Positions 14,415-25,856 of a stretch of 64,000 nt of DNA are shown here, one piece after another. The notes under the pieces are model-generated. The model was not told the DNA's origin. It did no database searches and saw only the letters and a program-made list of their open reading frames with translations. The first letter of the stretch is position 1. The number at the start of each line of letters is the position of its first letter. Source of the stretch: Neoechinorhynchus agilis (lineage: Eukaryota > Animalia > Acanthocephala); assembly GCA_051530055.1 (NCBI GenBank), contig CM121342.1:6261489-6325488 (forward strand), in the 5' to 3' direction. The translations under genes were made by a program, and so were the position numbers.

Positions 14415-14878
14415 GGATGTAACTGACGCCTCGCACTCATTTAGACTCATTGCATACTCCCGGGAAGCACACACAAAAAAGATTGCCCATCCCACCAATG
14501 TTTTTTAGTATTAAACGATGAAAGCACTCGATTTACCGTGGTTAACAGCGCACTGTTCGTCCTTGTCCCTGACCTTTTTTCCCAAACAAGGAAACTTTAT
14601 TCATCCCTCATTTTTCCTATGTGTTTCTAAGTTCACAGAAGTTCACATTTTCCGGTGTCTAATGTAAAACAAAAGACTGGAGTGTTTCCGCCCCAGTACT
14701 TTTTTTTCTTCTCAGCACTCAATAAGACAAGGTTCATATTTACGTTCGTCAAAAATGGGGGCAAACGCTGGCAAGCACAAGTCTATTTCGCATAGTGCCT
14801 TTGGGCGTTCTTTTCACCTGATCGATTCTGCTGATCAGCAACCTCTTACAGATACAAAGGAAGACGAAAATCAGAACG

Positions 14879-15825
14879 ATGGTTTACAGGCATATTAGCA
14901 CCAGTCAGACTAGTGCCACATATCTCTCAATGAACAATTCCGACACGCCAAGGAGGAATTGCTACAGCATTCCAGTAAAGATCGAATCTACACCTAGCGA
15001 AAAACGGTCAGTACCGATCGAAATATTGAGAGTCAATACCGAATGCGACAACAGCAAACTTGATAGTCGACCGGAATTCCGTTCAAGAACTTCTCTTAAC
15101 GAAAGTGGAGATGCTGGATTATGGTCGACCAATCATACGTCCTTGTTCCAGGTTAGACAAGAAACAGATCAGCAACGCACTCGCCCGGAAAATTAAAATA
15201 TTTTTTTATCGCTTTGTTGGTTTTTTTTGATTCCAAGAGCGGAATTATTTCATATTTGACAAAAAAATTTCGAGTCTTAATGAAACTTAACTCTTATATG
15301 ATTTTAATTTTACCGGCACTTGGCATTGCTTATCGATCACAATCAAGTGATCGGAACGCAAACAATCGGTATAATACGGTCTCCAGTCATCGATCTCCTA
15401 GCTACAGTCATCTTCCATCCATCGATGCTCCACTTTTCTCGAGACTTGACCCGTCAAAATGCGTCGAAAGCTCTAAGACTTTTCTGAAGAACTCTCACCT
15501 CACATCGGAATCACGAATAGGCAATCGAACATCAAGAGCTCCTCCTCAAGGATCTCTTTCACTTCATGTCAAAAGCACGGATATGTCGAAGGAAATGTGC
15601 TTGCGATCTACAAGCATTATCTCATCGGTTCTAGACCGTCAGTCGAGACAAACCAGCTACATGACACTTGCAAAAGAGATAAAATCTCAGCACGATGAAT
15701 ATTTTGGACCTTATTGGCACTGTATCGTCGGTCGACACTTTGCTGCTTTTGTTACTCACGATGCCGCAACTTTCATCTATTTGAACTGTGGACCAATCAG
15801 CATTTTGCTATTTAAAAGCACTTAA
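14879..15825 (+). CDS. Dynein light chain (LC8/DYNLL family) with long Ser/Arg-rich N-terminal extension; probably two exons, intron within ~15150-15345
   Basis: C-terminal KSTDMSKEM...IKSQHDEYFGPYWHCIVGRHFAAFVTHDAATFIYLNCGPISILLFKST matches LC8 (WHCIVGRNFGSYVTHE...FIYF...ILLFKS). Joining the upstream ORF 14879 is an inference. Confidence 0.85.
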
Positions 15826-16365
15826 GAATGCACCATGATGTTTTCACTTTATTATTGAATGTTAGAAAAGTAAAATGGCTCGTTTAGAATTTGTCCGATT
15901 AAAAGACTTGTCTTTAAATTTAATTAGTCTTTAAGAAAATGTTTGCTACTTTTTTTAAGGGATAACGATTTTTAGTTTATTATTTTAATGAAACAACGTA
16001 AAATCAGGCCCAAAAAGCACAACTGAGAGATATGTCTTTGTGAAATTAAGCTGAGATCATTCAACCTACTTTTCTTCTTTATTTTCCGGATAAACTATAA
16101 AATCGAACTATGCAGGTTTTTTCTCGTTAAATTTATTCTCCCTCACACACACACAATAATTTAAGAGCGATAATCAAACTTAAAAATGTTTAACGCCTTC
16201 AATTTTGAGACATCCGAGCTATTAAACGCGTTTTTATTCACTAAAAGCTAACAAAAATTTAAAACGTTTGTCTAAAATCAACGATAAGCTCTTTAGGGGA
16301 ACCGTTTGGAAAGTCCAACCTTTAATGCGAGTTATTGTAAAGAAATTGTTTATTTACAAAGGTAT

Positions 16366-16464
16366 TTTTTTGGCGATGAGAACAATAGAGACTGATTTAT
16401 TGATTCTCAATATTTAGTATGTTTCGTCGGATTTCTTCAAGTTGTTTCTCATCGCCATAAAAAA
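16366..16464. mobile_element. Short fold-back element related to satellite C
   Basis: ttttttggcgatgagaacaa ... ttgtttctcatcgccataaaaaa; shares gccataaaaa and atttattga motifs with satellite C. Confidence 0.55.
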
Positions 16465-16671
16465 TGCATAATGCGCGTTATTAACCTGCAACTAATTTAT
16501 TTCTTGAAGTTAAACTGGCTCACAGAACCGTTCTAATGAAAACTTTGATATCCAATTCAATGGTTTATTAGAGGGCATTTCATTTTTATATCGAGAAATC
16601 ATGCAAAGTGCAATTAAGTCATTTTAGTCAGACAACTTTTTTTTCAAGAAATTAACTGCACGTTTCGGCTG

Positions 16672-17424
16672 AGGTAGCAATTTTTTGGGGAAAAACTTTT
16701 TTCTTGTGGAGGTTCGACATTTCGAGAAGTGGATATTTTTTATCAAAAAACTTGGAGATGTAAATTTATTCTTGTAAGAATGACCCACAATTTTTTTTAT
16801 TTTTGGGGGAAAAACTTTTCGACATTTCGAGAAGTAGGTTTTTTTCCAAAAAAACCTTGGAGATGTAAATTTATTCTTGTAACAATTTCGCCACAATTTT
16901 TTTCACTCTTAAGGTAGCAATTTTTTAGGAAAAAATAAAACATTTTTCTTGTGGCGGTACGACATTTCTAGGAGTGGGTATTTTTACCGAAAAAACCTTG
17001 GAGATGTATATTTATTCTTGTAACAATTTCGCCACAATTTTTTTCACTCTTAAGGTAGCAATTTTTTAGGAAAATAAAACATTTTTCTTGTGGCGGTACG
17101 ACATTTCGAGAAGTGGGTATTTTATACCAAAAAAAACCTTGGAGATGTATATTTATCCTTGTAACAATTTCGCCACAATTTTTTTATTTTTGGGGGAAAA
17201 ACCTTTTTGTTGTGGAGGTTCGACATTTCGAGAAGTAGGTTTTTTTTCAAAAAAACGTTAGAGATGTAAATTTATTCTTGTAACAATTTCGCCACAATTT
17301 TTTTCACTCTTAAGGTAGCAATTTTTTAGGAAAAAATAAAACATTTTTCTTGTGGCGGTACGACATTTCTAGGAGTGGGTATTTTTTACCGAAAAAACCT
17401 TGGAGATGTATATTTATTCTTGTT
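16672..17424. repeat. Satellite D, ~105-142 bp units, ~6 copies
   Basis: ttggagatgta(a/t)atttattcttgtaa (or variant) at ~16752, 16857, 16998, 17140, 17258, 17400. Confidence 0.9.
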
Positions 17425-17508
17425 ATATCCTTTTCCTAAGAACTAGCGTATATTTTCGATCGAAACCTCGCAAAAATCACGCCTTACAGATATCGAAACT
17501 ACTTGGAA

Positions 17509-17739
17509 ATGAAGTTGGCAATAATTCTAGTTCTGGTCGTTGCAACAATGAGTTCCAAGATTCCGGATTTTTGCTATTCTCCACCAACCGAAGGCTTAAT
17601 ACAGTGCATGGCAGCATTTCCTAGATGGACTTATAACTCTAAACTGGGAAAATGCGTTTCATACCTTTATGGCGGCTGCAAAGGAACGAAAAATCTATTC
17701 ATGACGGAACAGGAATGCAAAGAGGTATGCGATCCATGA
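17509..17739 (+). CDS. Secreted single-domain Kunitz/BPTI protease inhibitor, 76 aa
   Basis: Signal peptide MKLAIILVLVVATMSS; six Cys; YGGCKGTKNLFMTEQEC motif; AATAAA at 17750. Confidence 0.95.
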   Translation: MKLAIILVLVVATMSSKIPDFCYSPPTEGLIQCMAAFPRWTYNSKLGKCVSYLYGGCKGTKNLFMTEQECKEVCDP

Positions 17740-18192
17740 ACTTGAAATGAATAAATCAGTAGTTTGCTCTTTGCTAATGTACTTTTTCCGACATTTTCAA
17801 AATACAATCGATTCGATTAACTTGAGCGTGATCATTTTGGCTCTAAGTTTTAAATTATCGGCTACACGAGCTAATTTCGTATTTCGAATCTTTTAATTCG
17901 AAAAATTTCAATTGTTGCCTTTTTCATCGAACAAAATCGAGCACGATTCCTTCAAACTTTTAGCCATCAAATGGTTCGCATAGGATTCTAATAATGTGCG
18001 ACATTTCATTGGCTTTAAAACCCGATCCTTTTATCATTCGATTGCTTCATTTAACCATCACTATTTTGCCTTCTAATTCAAAAATAATTATGATTGATCA
18101 TTTTGCGCAAATTACCGATTGCGAATACGACCCCGCTTCCCAAACTTCAATGGAATATTATTAAACATTTCTAATCGAGTCCAATTTTATAG

Positions 18193-19239
18193 TCAAAAAT
18201 CAACAAACAATTCGGGCCTGTAACTTTCCTTCTCAATATGTATTGGAGTTTCTTTTAAGACCGGTCCGCGAGCTATTCTCGTTGGGACAATATTAGAAGG
18301 TATTTTATGAGAAAAAACGTCCATAAAAGAAATATCTTTAAACCATTTTGAGCTCTTAATTTCTTTGGACCCATTACATCCGAGTCTCCTTATAGGTTCT
18401 TTTCTCAGCAATCCGATATTAAACTCTCTCAGCTCTGGAGAATATCGTTTAGGAATCTTTAAGTTTGCTTTATTGATACTTTTCGCGATCGCATTTGTGT
18501 TCCGTCCACTAAATGGAACATTTCCTGTCATCATTTCATAAATGAGAACTCCTATTGCCCACCAATCGACCATTTTGCCATAGCCGATGCTTTGAAAGAT
18601 TTCTGGTGCCATATAGAACATTGTTCCACAAAAAGTAAAGCAATTCAAACCCGTCCTTCTCCCCAGACCAAAATCACAAAGCTTAATGTACCCATCTTTG
18701 GTTAGAAGAGTATTTTCCGGCTTGATGTCGCGATGAACTATTCCCATTGCATGTAGATACTCAAGAGCTAATACGAATTGAGCTATAACAAATTTAACTG
18801 ATGCTTCTGAAAACCTTTTTCTTTGCATTTCGGACATGAGGTTTCCGTATTTTAAATATTCAAGCCCAATATAAATATAGGAATTATCCATAAAAGCGAA
18901 ATCGAATCTGACGATATTTGGATGATTACACGATGCAGTGATTCGTAATTCACTAAGAACCTTTTCCAAGTTGCCAATTTCAACCAATTTTCGCTTATTT
19001 AATATTTTAAGGGCAATTTTCTTGTGTCCTTCTCCTTTAAAAGTTGCTAGAACGATTCGTCCAAACGCACCTTCTCCAACAGTCTTCTCAAGCCTGAATT
19101 GATGGATTTTTAAACGTGGATCACACTGTGTCCTGCACCAGCGCCATTCAAATTCCTCTTGTAATCTAATATCATCAATCGCATGGCGATCAGAGTCTAT
19201 TTCAATTATTGGTACTTTATTGTTTGAGAAATTCTGCAT
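18193..19239 (-). CDS. Intronless AGC kinase, divergent PKA catalytic-subunit-like
   Basis: GEGAFG, ALK, HRDIKPEN, DFG, TFCGT..YMAPE, VDWWAIG; ends in FVDF like the PKA FxxF tail. Confidence 0.93.
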   Translation of the reverse strand: MQNFSNNKVPIIEIDSDRHAIDDIRLQEEFEWRWCRTQCDPRLKIHQFRLEKTVGEGAFGRIVLATFKGEGHKKIALKILNKRKLVEIGNLEKVLSELRITASCNHPNIVRFDFAFMDNSYIYIGLEYLKYGNLMSEMQRKRFSEASVKFVIAQFVLALEYLHAMGIVHRDIKPENTLLTKDGYIKLCDFGLGRRTGLNCFTFCGTMFYMAPEIFQSIGYGKMVDWWAIGVLIYEMMTGNVPFSGRNTNAIAKSINKANLKIPKRYSPELREFNIGLLRKEPIRRLGCNGSKEIKSSKWFKDISFMDVFSHKIPSNIVPTRIARGPVLKETPIHIEKESYRPELFVDF

Positions 19240-19670
19240 CGTTCATGGCAAAATATTTCAAATGTTTGATACATGGATGCCTGGCAGCCAATCCGCGTTT
19301 TCTCTATATTTTGCATTTATTTTGGACGGTCTTGTAGCGAGGAAAAAGAAATAAATGCTTTCAAAAAAAATCTTGTTAATGGGAAGATTTCAGTGTTTTG
19401 ATTTACAGCAATCTCCTTTGTGAAATTTAACAAAAAACAATAATTTGAAAATACGTAGAAAGCTTACTTTTTATTGTATTCTTTTTAATGAACGAGAATA
19501 CAAGTTAGAATGGAATAAATAAAATTCTATTCAACTAAAATGACGTAATTATAAAAATTAAATAAAGTTGCGGTTTAAAAAAAAACAATATATCAAAATT
19601 CGTGCACCGGTGGCAAACATTGACATTCACAACAGAAAAAGATTTTAACCAAACAACGATAATCATATTA

Positions 19671-21764
19671 TTAATCGCCGCTCTCCCGAGGTTTATCTGC
19701 CTCATCGGCAACAACATTCGAATCGATCACCTCCTCAATTGATTCACTCGTTTCCTCGGTTTCTCGTCGAGAGACATTCAAAGTCTCCGGTTGATCTATC
19801 ATTTCGCTGTCCAGGTTATTTTGCTGCATCTCAACTGAATGTTCATTGAAAGGTTCATTATTTACATTCAAGTTGTCCGGCAGCATAGGAGCAAAACCTG
19901 CGCAATTTTCATCGTTACCATTTAATTGGTCAGCGCAGGTCCCGCTCATGTTTAAGTTGGCAACTGATTGGATGCGCGATTGATTCAAACGACTTTCGCC
20001 GTCGATGCTGCTTGATTGGTTAGTGCCGGTTTCACCAATACGTAAAATCACGACGGATGAAATACTTAATTGATTGTGGGTAGATTCCATTGAATTTGAG
20101 TCGATTGAACCATTTAGAAATCGGTAATCAGGACCACCATTTATATATAATATTTCCTGCGACGTAGAAATTAAATCAGTACGATTTTCGCCGTCGATGC
20201 TTGATTGGTTAGCGCCGGTTCCACCAATACGTAAAATCACGACGGATGAAATACTTAATTGATTGTGGGTAGATTCCATTGAATTTGAGTCGAGGGAACC
20301 GTTTAGAAATCGGTAATCAGGACCACCATTTATATATAATATTTCCCGTCGCATAGAAGTAAAATCAGTACGATTTTCGTTGTCGATGCTGCTTGATTGG
20401 TTAGTGCCGGATCCACCAATACGAAAATTGGCGACTGATGAAACACTCCGTCGATTGCTGGATTCCGTATTTAAATATATTTGTTCGTTCGCTAGCGAAT
20501 GTATGCTCGAAGATTCCGTAAAAATCGGGCGCTGGACACTAATAACCGAATCGTCCTGGAGATTATTATTAGCATCCAGAATATCTTGAAGAAGAGAAGT
20601 TAATCCAATTTGACCTTCTTCGTTGCCACTTGACAAGTTTTCGCCGGTTCCAACTGCACCAAAGTCTTCAATTGATGAATCCCTCGATCGAATTGAAGGA
20701 TTTGCGTTCACAGTAACGCTATCGCTCGAAGATTCCGTAGAATTCGGGCGCTGGGCACTAATAATAGAATCGTATTGAGGACCGTTATTTACAACCAGAA
20801 TATCCTGCAGAAGGAATGTCAAACTCGTTTGACTTTCTTCATTTCCATTTGACTTGTTTTCGCCGGTTTCACCGGCGCTAAATTCTTTAACTGATGAATC
20901 CTTGGATCGAATTGGAGAATTCATGTTCACAGCAATGCTATCGCTCGAAGATTCCATACAATTCGGGCGCTGGGCACTAATAATAGAATCGTTCTGGGGA
21001 CCGTTATTTACACCCAGAATATCCTGAAGAAGAGAATTTAATCCAATTTGACTTTCTTCATTTCCATTTGACTTGTTTTCGCCGGTTTCACCGGCGATAA
21101 ATTCTTTAACTGATGAATCCTTGGATCGAATTGGAGGATTTGTGTTCACAGTAATGCAATAGTTTGTAGCTTCCTTAAAATTCGTGTCCTCGGCACTAAT
21201 AATGGAATCGTACTGGAGATTATTATTTGCACCCAGAATATCCTGAAGAAGAGAAGTTAATCCAGTTCGACTTCCTTCATTTCTACTTGACGGGGTTTCG
21301 CCGGTTTGAACTGCACCAAAGTCTTCAACTGATGAAACGTTTAAATGATGGGATAATCCCATGCTCGGCAAAATTTGATCAGTTGCCGCTGAATGAGGAG
21401 TTTTGTAAGAATCAGCAAGAGATTCGTAAGGTGTGCCATTATTGTAACTCATTATTTCTTGGAGCAATATAGTAAGATTTGTGGAAAAATCGCCAGTTGA
21501 TTGGTTATTTTTGATGGCATTGAATTCAGCGACAGGTGTAATCGTCGACGGACTCGGAGATTTATGTTCTTTAGTTCTTAAACAATCGTTTGTAGATTTA
21601 GATTCCATGGCAGATGAAACATCGTGATCGACAGTTACTTCAATATTAGGACTATTTTGCACATCGAGAATGTCTTGTAGAAGCGAGGTAAGATTATCAG
21701 ACTTTCTGGATTCATCTGAGTTGTCTCTGACATCCTCAGAATCGTTGGAATTATTGCGTTGCAT
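19671..21764 (-). CDS. Ser/Asn/Asp-rich, likely disordered repeat protein (~697 aa from ATG 21764) with recurring LTSLLQDILxVNN helix
   Basis: Long ORF with internal near-tandem repeats; pyrimidine-rich acceptor (ttttctag) 5 nt before the ATG. Confidence 0.75.
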   Translation of the reverse strand: MQRNNSNDSEDVRDNSDESRKSDNLTSLLQDILDVQNSPNIEVTVDHDVSSAMESKSTNDCLRTKEHKSPSPSTITPVAEFNAIKNNQSTGDFSTNLTILLQEIMSYNNGTPYESLADSYKTPHSAATDQILPSMGLSHHLNVSSVEDFGAVQTGETPSSRNEGSRTGLTSLLQDILGANNNLQYDSIISAEDTNFKEATNYCITVNTNPPIRSKDSSVKEFIAGETGENKSNGNEESQIGLNSLLQDILGVNNGPQNDSIISAQRPNCMESSSDSIAVNMNSPIRSKDSSVKEFSAGETGENKSNGNEESQTSLTFLLQDILVVNNGPQYDSIISAQRPNSTESSSDSVTVNANPSIRSRDSSIEDFGAVGTGENLSSGNEEGQIGLTSLLQDILDANNNLQDDSVISVQRPIFTESSSIHSLANEQIYLNTESSNRRSVSSVANFRIGGSGTNQSSSIDNENRTDFTSMRREILYINGGPDYRFLNGSLDSNSMESTHNQLSISSVVILRIGGTGANQSSIDGENRTDLISTSQEILYINGGPDYRFLNGSIDSNSMESTHNQLSISSVVILRIGETGTNQSSSIDGESRLNQSRIQSVANLNMSGTCADQLNGNDENCAGFAPMLPDNLNVNNEPFNEHSVEMQQNNLDSEMIDQPETLNVSRRETEETSESIEEVIDSNVVADEADKPRESGD

Positions 21765-23802
21765 ATTTCTAGAAAAAAAAAGCAAAGTTTAATTTATAAT
21801 TGAATGGAAGAGAAATTTAAGCCTAAATTTCGTATTAAATAGATTGCTTTACATATAACCGAGTGTATCGATCTGCGACCGTCACAAAAATACGAGGATG
21901 TTAACCGAACTTGTCAACCACGTCTTCTAAAAATAGAAGTGGAAGCGATGTGATTTATCTACAGTTGCGCAACACGGATGCAATCGAATATTATCGGCAA
22001 TTAAAAGGATTTAATCGTAGGTCGATAAGGTCTGAATTGATCACGTGGCTAATTTGTTCCGAGAAAATGAAAAAATCGATTTGGTAAGCGTTACAAAAAA
22101 TGTAATGTCTGAATTAGAATCCGGAACTGGTAAGCAAATTTTATCTTGTTTTAACGATTGCGATGTTCGCTGGAAACCACAAATTTTTATCCTCTAAGGA
22201 AAGTTGTCGCCTCCTTCATTCTACGGTCCAATTCTTTGTATAGTCTAAGGGCGGAGTAATCGAATGGCACGAAATCGTGGCCATATCTTAATTTAAAGAA
22301 TATTGTACAGGACGCATTACTAGGGAATGCTGTCAGCATTGTTTACCTTGACCTGCGGAATTTAAATCTTTTATTTAAACCATAAAGATTTTTATTACCG
22401 TTGTTCATTTGAACTGCAATTTTTGATGGTCACTGAAATCGCTGATCCATTTATACTTGTCGTTTTGGAAAACGTGAACGTTTACCTTTCTAATCTTTTA
22501 AGAAAATAAACCATAAAAGGCAAAGATTTGTAATGGACTAACATTTTTTAAGGGTTTGAAGATTGAATTGTTCATTTTCTATAATGAGGGTTCATTGAGA
22601 AAAAGATACATGGATTTATTATTTTTCGATACTTGAACAACCTTTATAAAGGCAAAAGATTGTGCCAAAGTATCGGATTCAATAAATAAATTAGTTCAAT
22701 TTTTTAAAGCCATGCAAAAAAAATATTTTTAGCTTTTAATGAATCATTTGAGAGAATTTAACACTCTTTATAATTGATTGATCGATGATTTGATCGGTAA
22801 TCTTGTTCGTAGATCGAACCCGAAAAATTCGCATCTTTAAAGGAAAACGATAAATTAGATGAGTAGAAATTTTCTAGTTGCGGACTCTATAAAATCTAAT
22901 AATGCATAACAATTTTTACTTTTTTTACAATTGTTTTATTAAATTTCACGCATTATTTCGTATTAACTATATATTTTCGATTTATATAAACGAACGTGTT
23001 TTTCTCTCGATAATTTAATTCTTTTCTTGATGCCAATTTTTCCGTCACCCGAGCTTTTATTTTGCTAACGACTTTTCACGTAATTTTGTTGAACTTAAAA
23101 AAACAAACCTTGTCTTATGTAATATTAAAAAAATTATGAAAATTTTTATGTTTTGACAAACTTGTTGCAAGGCGCAGCGATAATATTTAAAACGTTAATT
23201 TTTGTTTCATTAGTATTTTCGGATTTTGGAGTATAAACATAGGATTTCATTTCTAAAAAATCAATATAAAAATATTTAAAGTCAAGCTGGACGGTAACAT
23301 TTATTCTAAATTGAAGTGAGGCCTTTTTTCACGGCTGATTTTTTTAATAGACATCGGCCATTTATGTGGCTAAAGGAAGCGCATTATCCCTCCGGATTGT
23401 GCACTAAAAAATTCTTTATTTTATTAATTTTATAATCGACCAAAAGTGTCTTTAATTACATGATGGAAAGTTAATATAAAATCGTCACTAATTATTAGAT
23501 TTTGAACACATGAACCTCGTTCAAATCATTTCTCTTTTCCGCGCCATATTTCCAATTCTCCAACTTCGTCAGTATTTTTTATTCTCTATTCGTTATAAAT
23601 TTTGTGATATTTATTAAAAGATTTAATTATGATGGTGAACTGAAGGAAAAAATTATGAATATATTAATCAGAATTTTCGACCAATGCGTTGGTCTTCTTC
23701 AGTGATTGTTTTGCAAGTTTTTCCTAAATGAATATCCACACAATTTATTAAAAGATTTTCTATTCAAAAATGTCGATATGTGAGGAACTGGGGAATGTGA
23801 TT

Positions 23803-23886
23803 GGAATTATTGTTTAGAAGTCTACACCCGCGATTACGTCTTTAATAATCATTTACCCTGGGTGTAGACTTCTAAATAATAATTCC
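23803..23886. mobile_element. Short palindromic element, ~26 bp arms
   Basis: ggaattattgtttagaagtctacacc / ggtgtagacttctaaataataattcc. Confidence 0.65.
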
Positions 23887-24257
23887 AATTTTCTATTCGT
23901 ATCGTAAAAAAGTTGCAGAATTTATTTTTTTTGCCAATATTCAATAACCAAATAAAATATTAATTTTCTCTTCTTTGATAGTTCACAGAGGAAGCAGTCG
24001 TTTGTGTTTCCATTTATGTTATACTACTGATCAGTTCGAACGCATTCTTAATAGTTGAGTCTCTACTAACTCATCCATATCGTGTGAGGTCCTTTAATCG
24101 CAAAGCATAAATTCGGACGATAAACACTTAAATTTCAAGCTAGCTCATTTTTCAACGTCTGAAATTTAGGCTAACTGTGTAAAAAGGTCATTTAATCACT
24201 TTAATATCGACTAATTGATTTCTTTAGAACGTTAATCCCTATTTTAGATTTATAAAA

Positions 24258-25214
24258 ATGAATAATGCAAATCGACAATATGAATTTCAATTTAACCAAC
24301 GTCCACAGATTCTATCTTTTCCAACAGGTTACAGGATGGCAACTCCAGTCGGTTACCAACACTACAATGCTAACCAAACTATGATTCCAGTTCGACCACA
24401 AATGGTATCACCAGGATTAAGGCCGATAAATTCTTGTATGATTGATATGACACCGTATTACTACATGCCGAATAATATTTCAGCTCAGCATTGGAATCCA
24501 TTAATGTCGAGAAGACCGTTGCCAGTTCAACAAAATGCTGACTATTGTCTCATCAATACGGCAGCCTTGGACCCGATTGAACAGTTTCAGAGGACACTAC
24601 CTCCAATTCCAGTGTCCAGAGTACAACAATTGGATCAAGGTTATTGTACAATCACTCCAATGGAAAGAATACGTCCTCATCTAGAATTGCATAATGTTCA
24701 ACAAATAAATCCAGTTTGGCTAAAGAGACAAATAACTCAGTCGGAATTATCCGGTGGCCAATTTGCTCCAAAGAGCTCATCTCCAGAGAAAAGGTCGAAA
24801 GTGTTCCACGAACCAAATTCCTCAAGGCTTCTAAAACAACAACTGCCAACAAAGAGAACGGTCAGTAGTCAGTTCGCCGAACTATCTCAATCACCAAATG
24901 ATTTTGAAGTTAAGAAAGCGAGGATTCATTCACAATCTCCAAGACAGTTAAAGCGTTCCGTCAAATCTGATCTGACAGCACAATCCGAGTTCATGGAAAA
25001 GAAAATAGACGATTCGAATCGCCGAATTGATGCTCAAAATGCCAAAAACTCAAAAAAAGGAGTTATCAGCAATAGACCGTGTGGCTTTGGTCTTACGGTT
25101 GATGAACTTAACGAAGAATTTGTGAATATGTCCAGCGAGAGCAGGATGCATTTTGAATGGGTCGACGATTTTTTAGGTGGAGGAGGCTGCTATTCCCCAC
25201 TAGATTATTATTGA
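24258..25214 (+). CDS. Unknown 318-aa protein; Pro/Gln/Asn/Met-rich N-terminus, Ser/Lys-rich C-terminus
   Basis: Long ATG ORF in AT-rich surroundings, acceptor-like ttttag 11 nt upstream; no domain recognised. Confidence 0.65.
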   Translation: MNNANRQYEFQFNQRPQILSFPTGYRMATPVGYQHYNANQTMIPVRPQMVSPGLRPINSCMIDMTPYYYMPNNISAQHWNPLMSRRPLPVQQNADYCLINTAALDPIEQFQRTLPPIPVSRVQQLDQGYCTITPMERIRPHLELHNVQQINPVWLKRQITQSELSGGQFAPKSSSPEKRSKVFHEPNSSRLLKQQLPTKRTVSSQFAELSQSPNDFEVKKARIHSQSPRQLKRSVKSDLTAQSEFMEKKIDDSNRRIDAQNAKNSKKGVISNRPCGFGLTVDELNEEFVNMSSESRMHFEWVDDFLGGGGCYSPLDYY

Positions 25215-25856
25215 TAAATATAATTTGTTTATCGTCAACAACTACTTTATTACGGTTTTCTAATAGCTTGGGCAAATCCTAATCAGGTTTTGTACATAAA
25301 TCATGACCATCGCTTATTCTTATACTAAATGTCTCCGGAGCCGATGAATTTGATCCGAATCATGTTTGGGGTGAACTAACAACACAAAAAGATAAAAACA
25401 TGTCTTTTCGAATTTGTAAAATAGTCCAATTTTACAAATATATTGTTTTAGAAGTTCTAAATATGTCGATTGTTCGCAATGCGAGTTCCAATTCCATCAA
25501 CGTGCACTTCTATTATTGAGAACGAAAAGTGAACCTCAAACGACGGATTTTTATTTTTCAATTATATGTTTTTAAATTGTAAACATTGCCAAAATATCCA
25601 CCCAACGAAAACTTAAAAATCATATATAGAAAATCGTTCCGGGTGATAAAGTTCGAATTGTGGTGATGGTAATCCTTGATGAAAAATATTTTTTGTTGAA
25701 TTAAAATATTTCACAAGGAAAACCCACCTTATCAATTAGTTTTAGTGAGTTTTGCGCAAGTGCAAATACAAATAAAATTAAATTTTATCATCTTAGACTT
25801 TTAAATATTCACGGCAGCACGCTTAATTTTTTATCCTTTTTTATAACCTTCATTTT

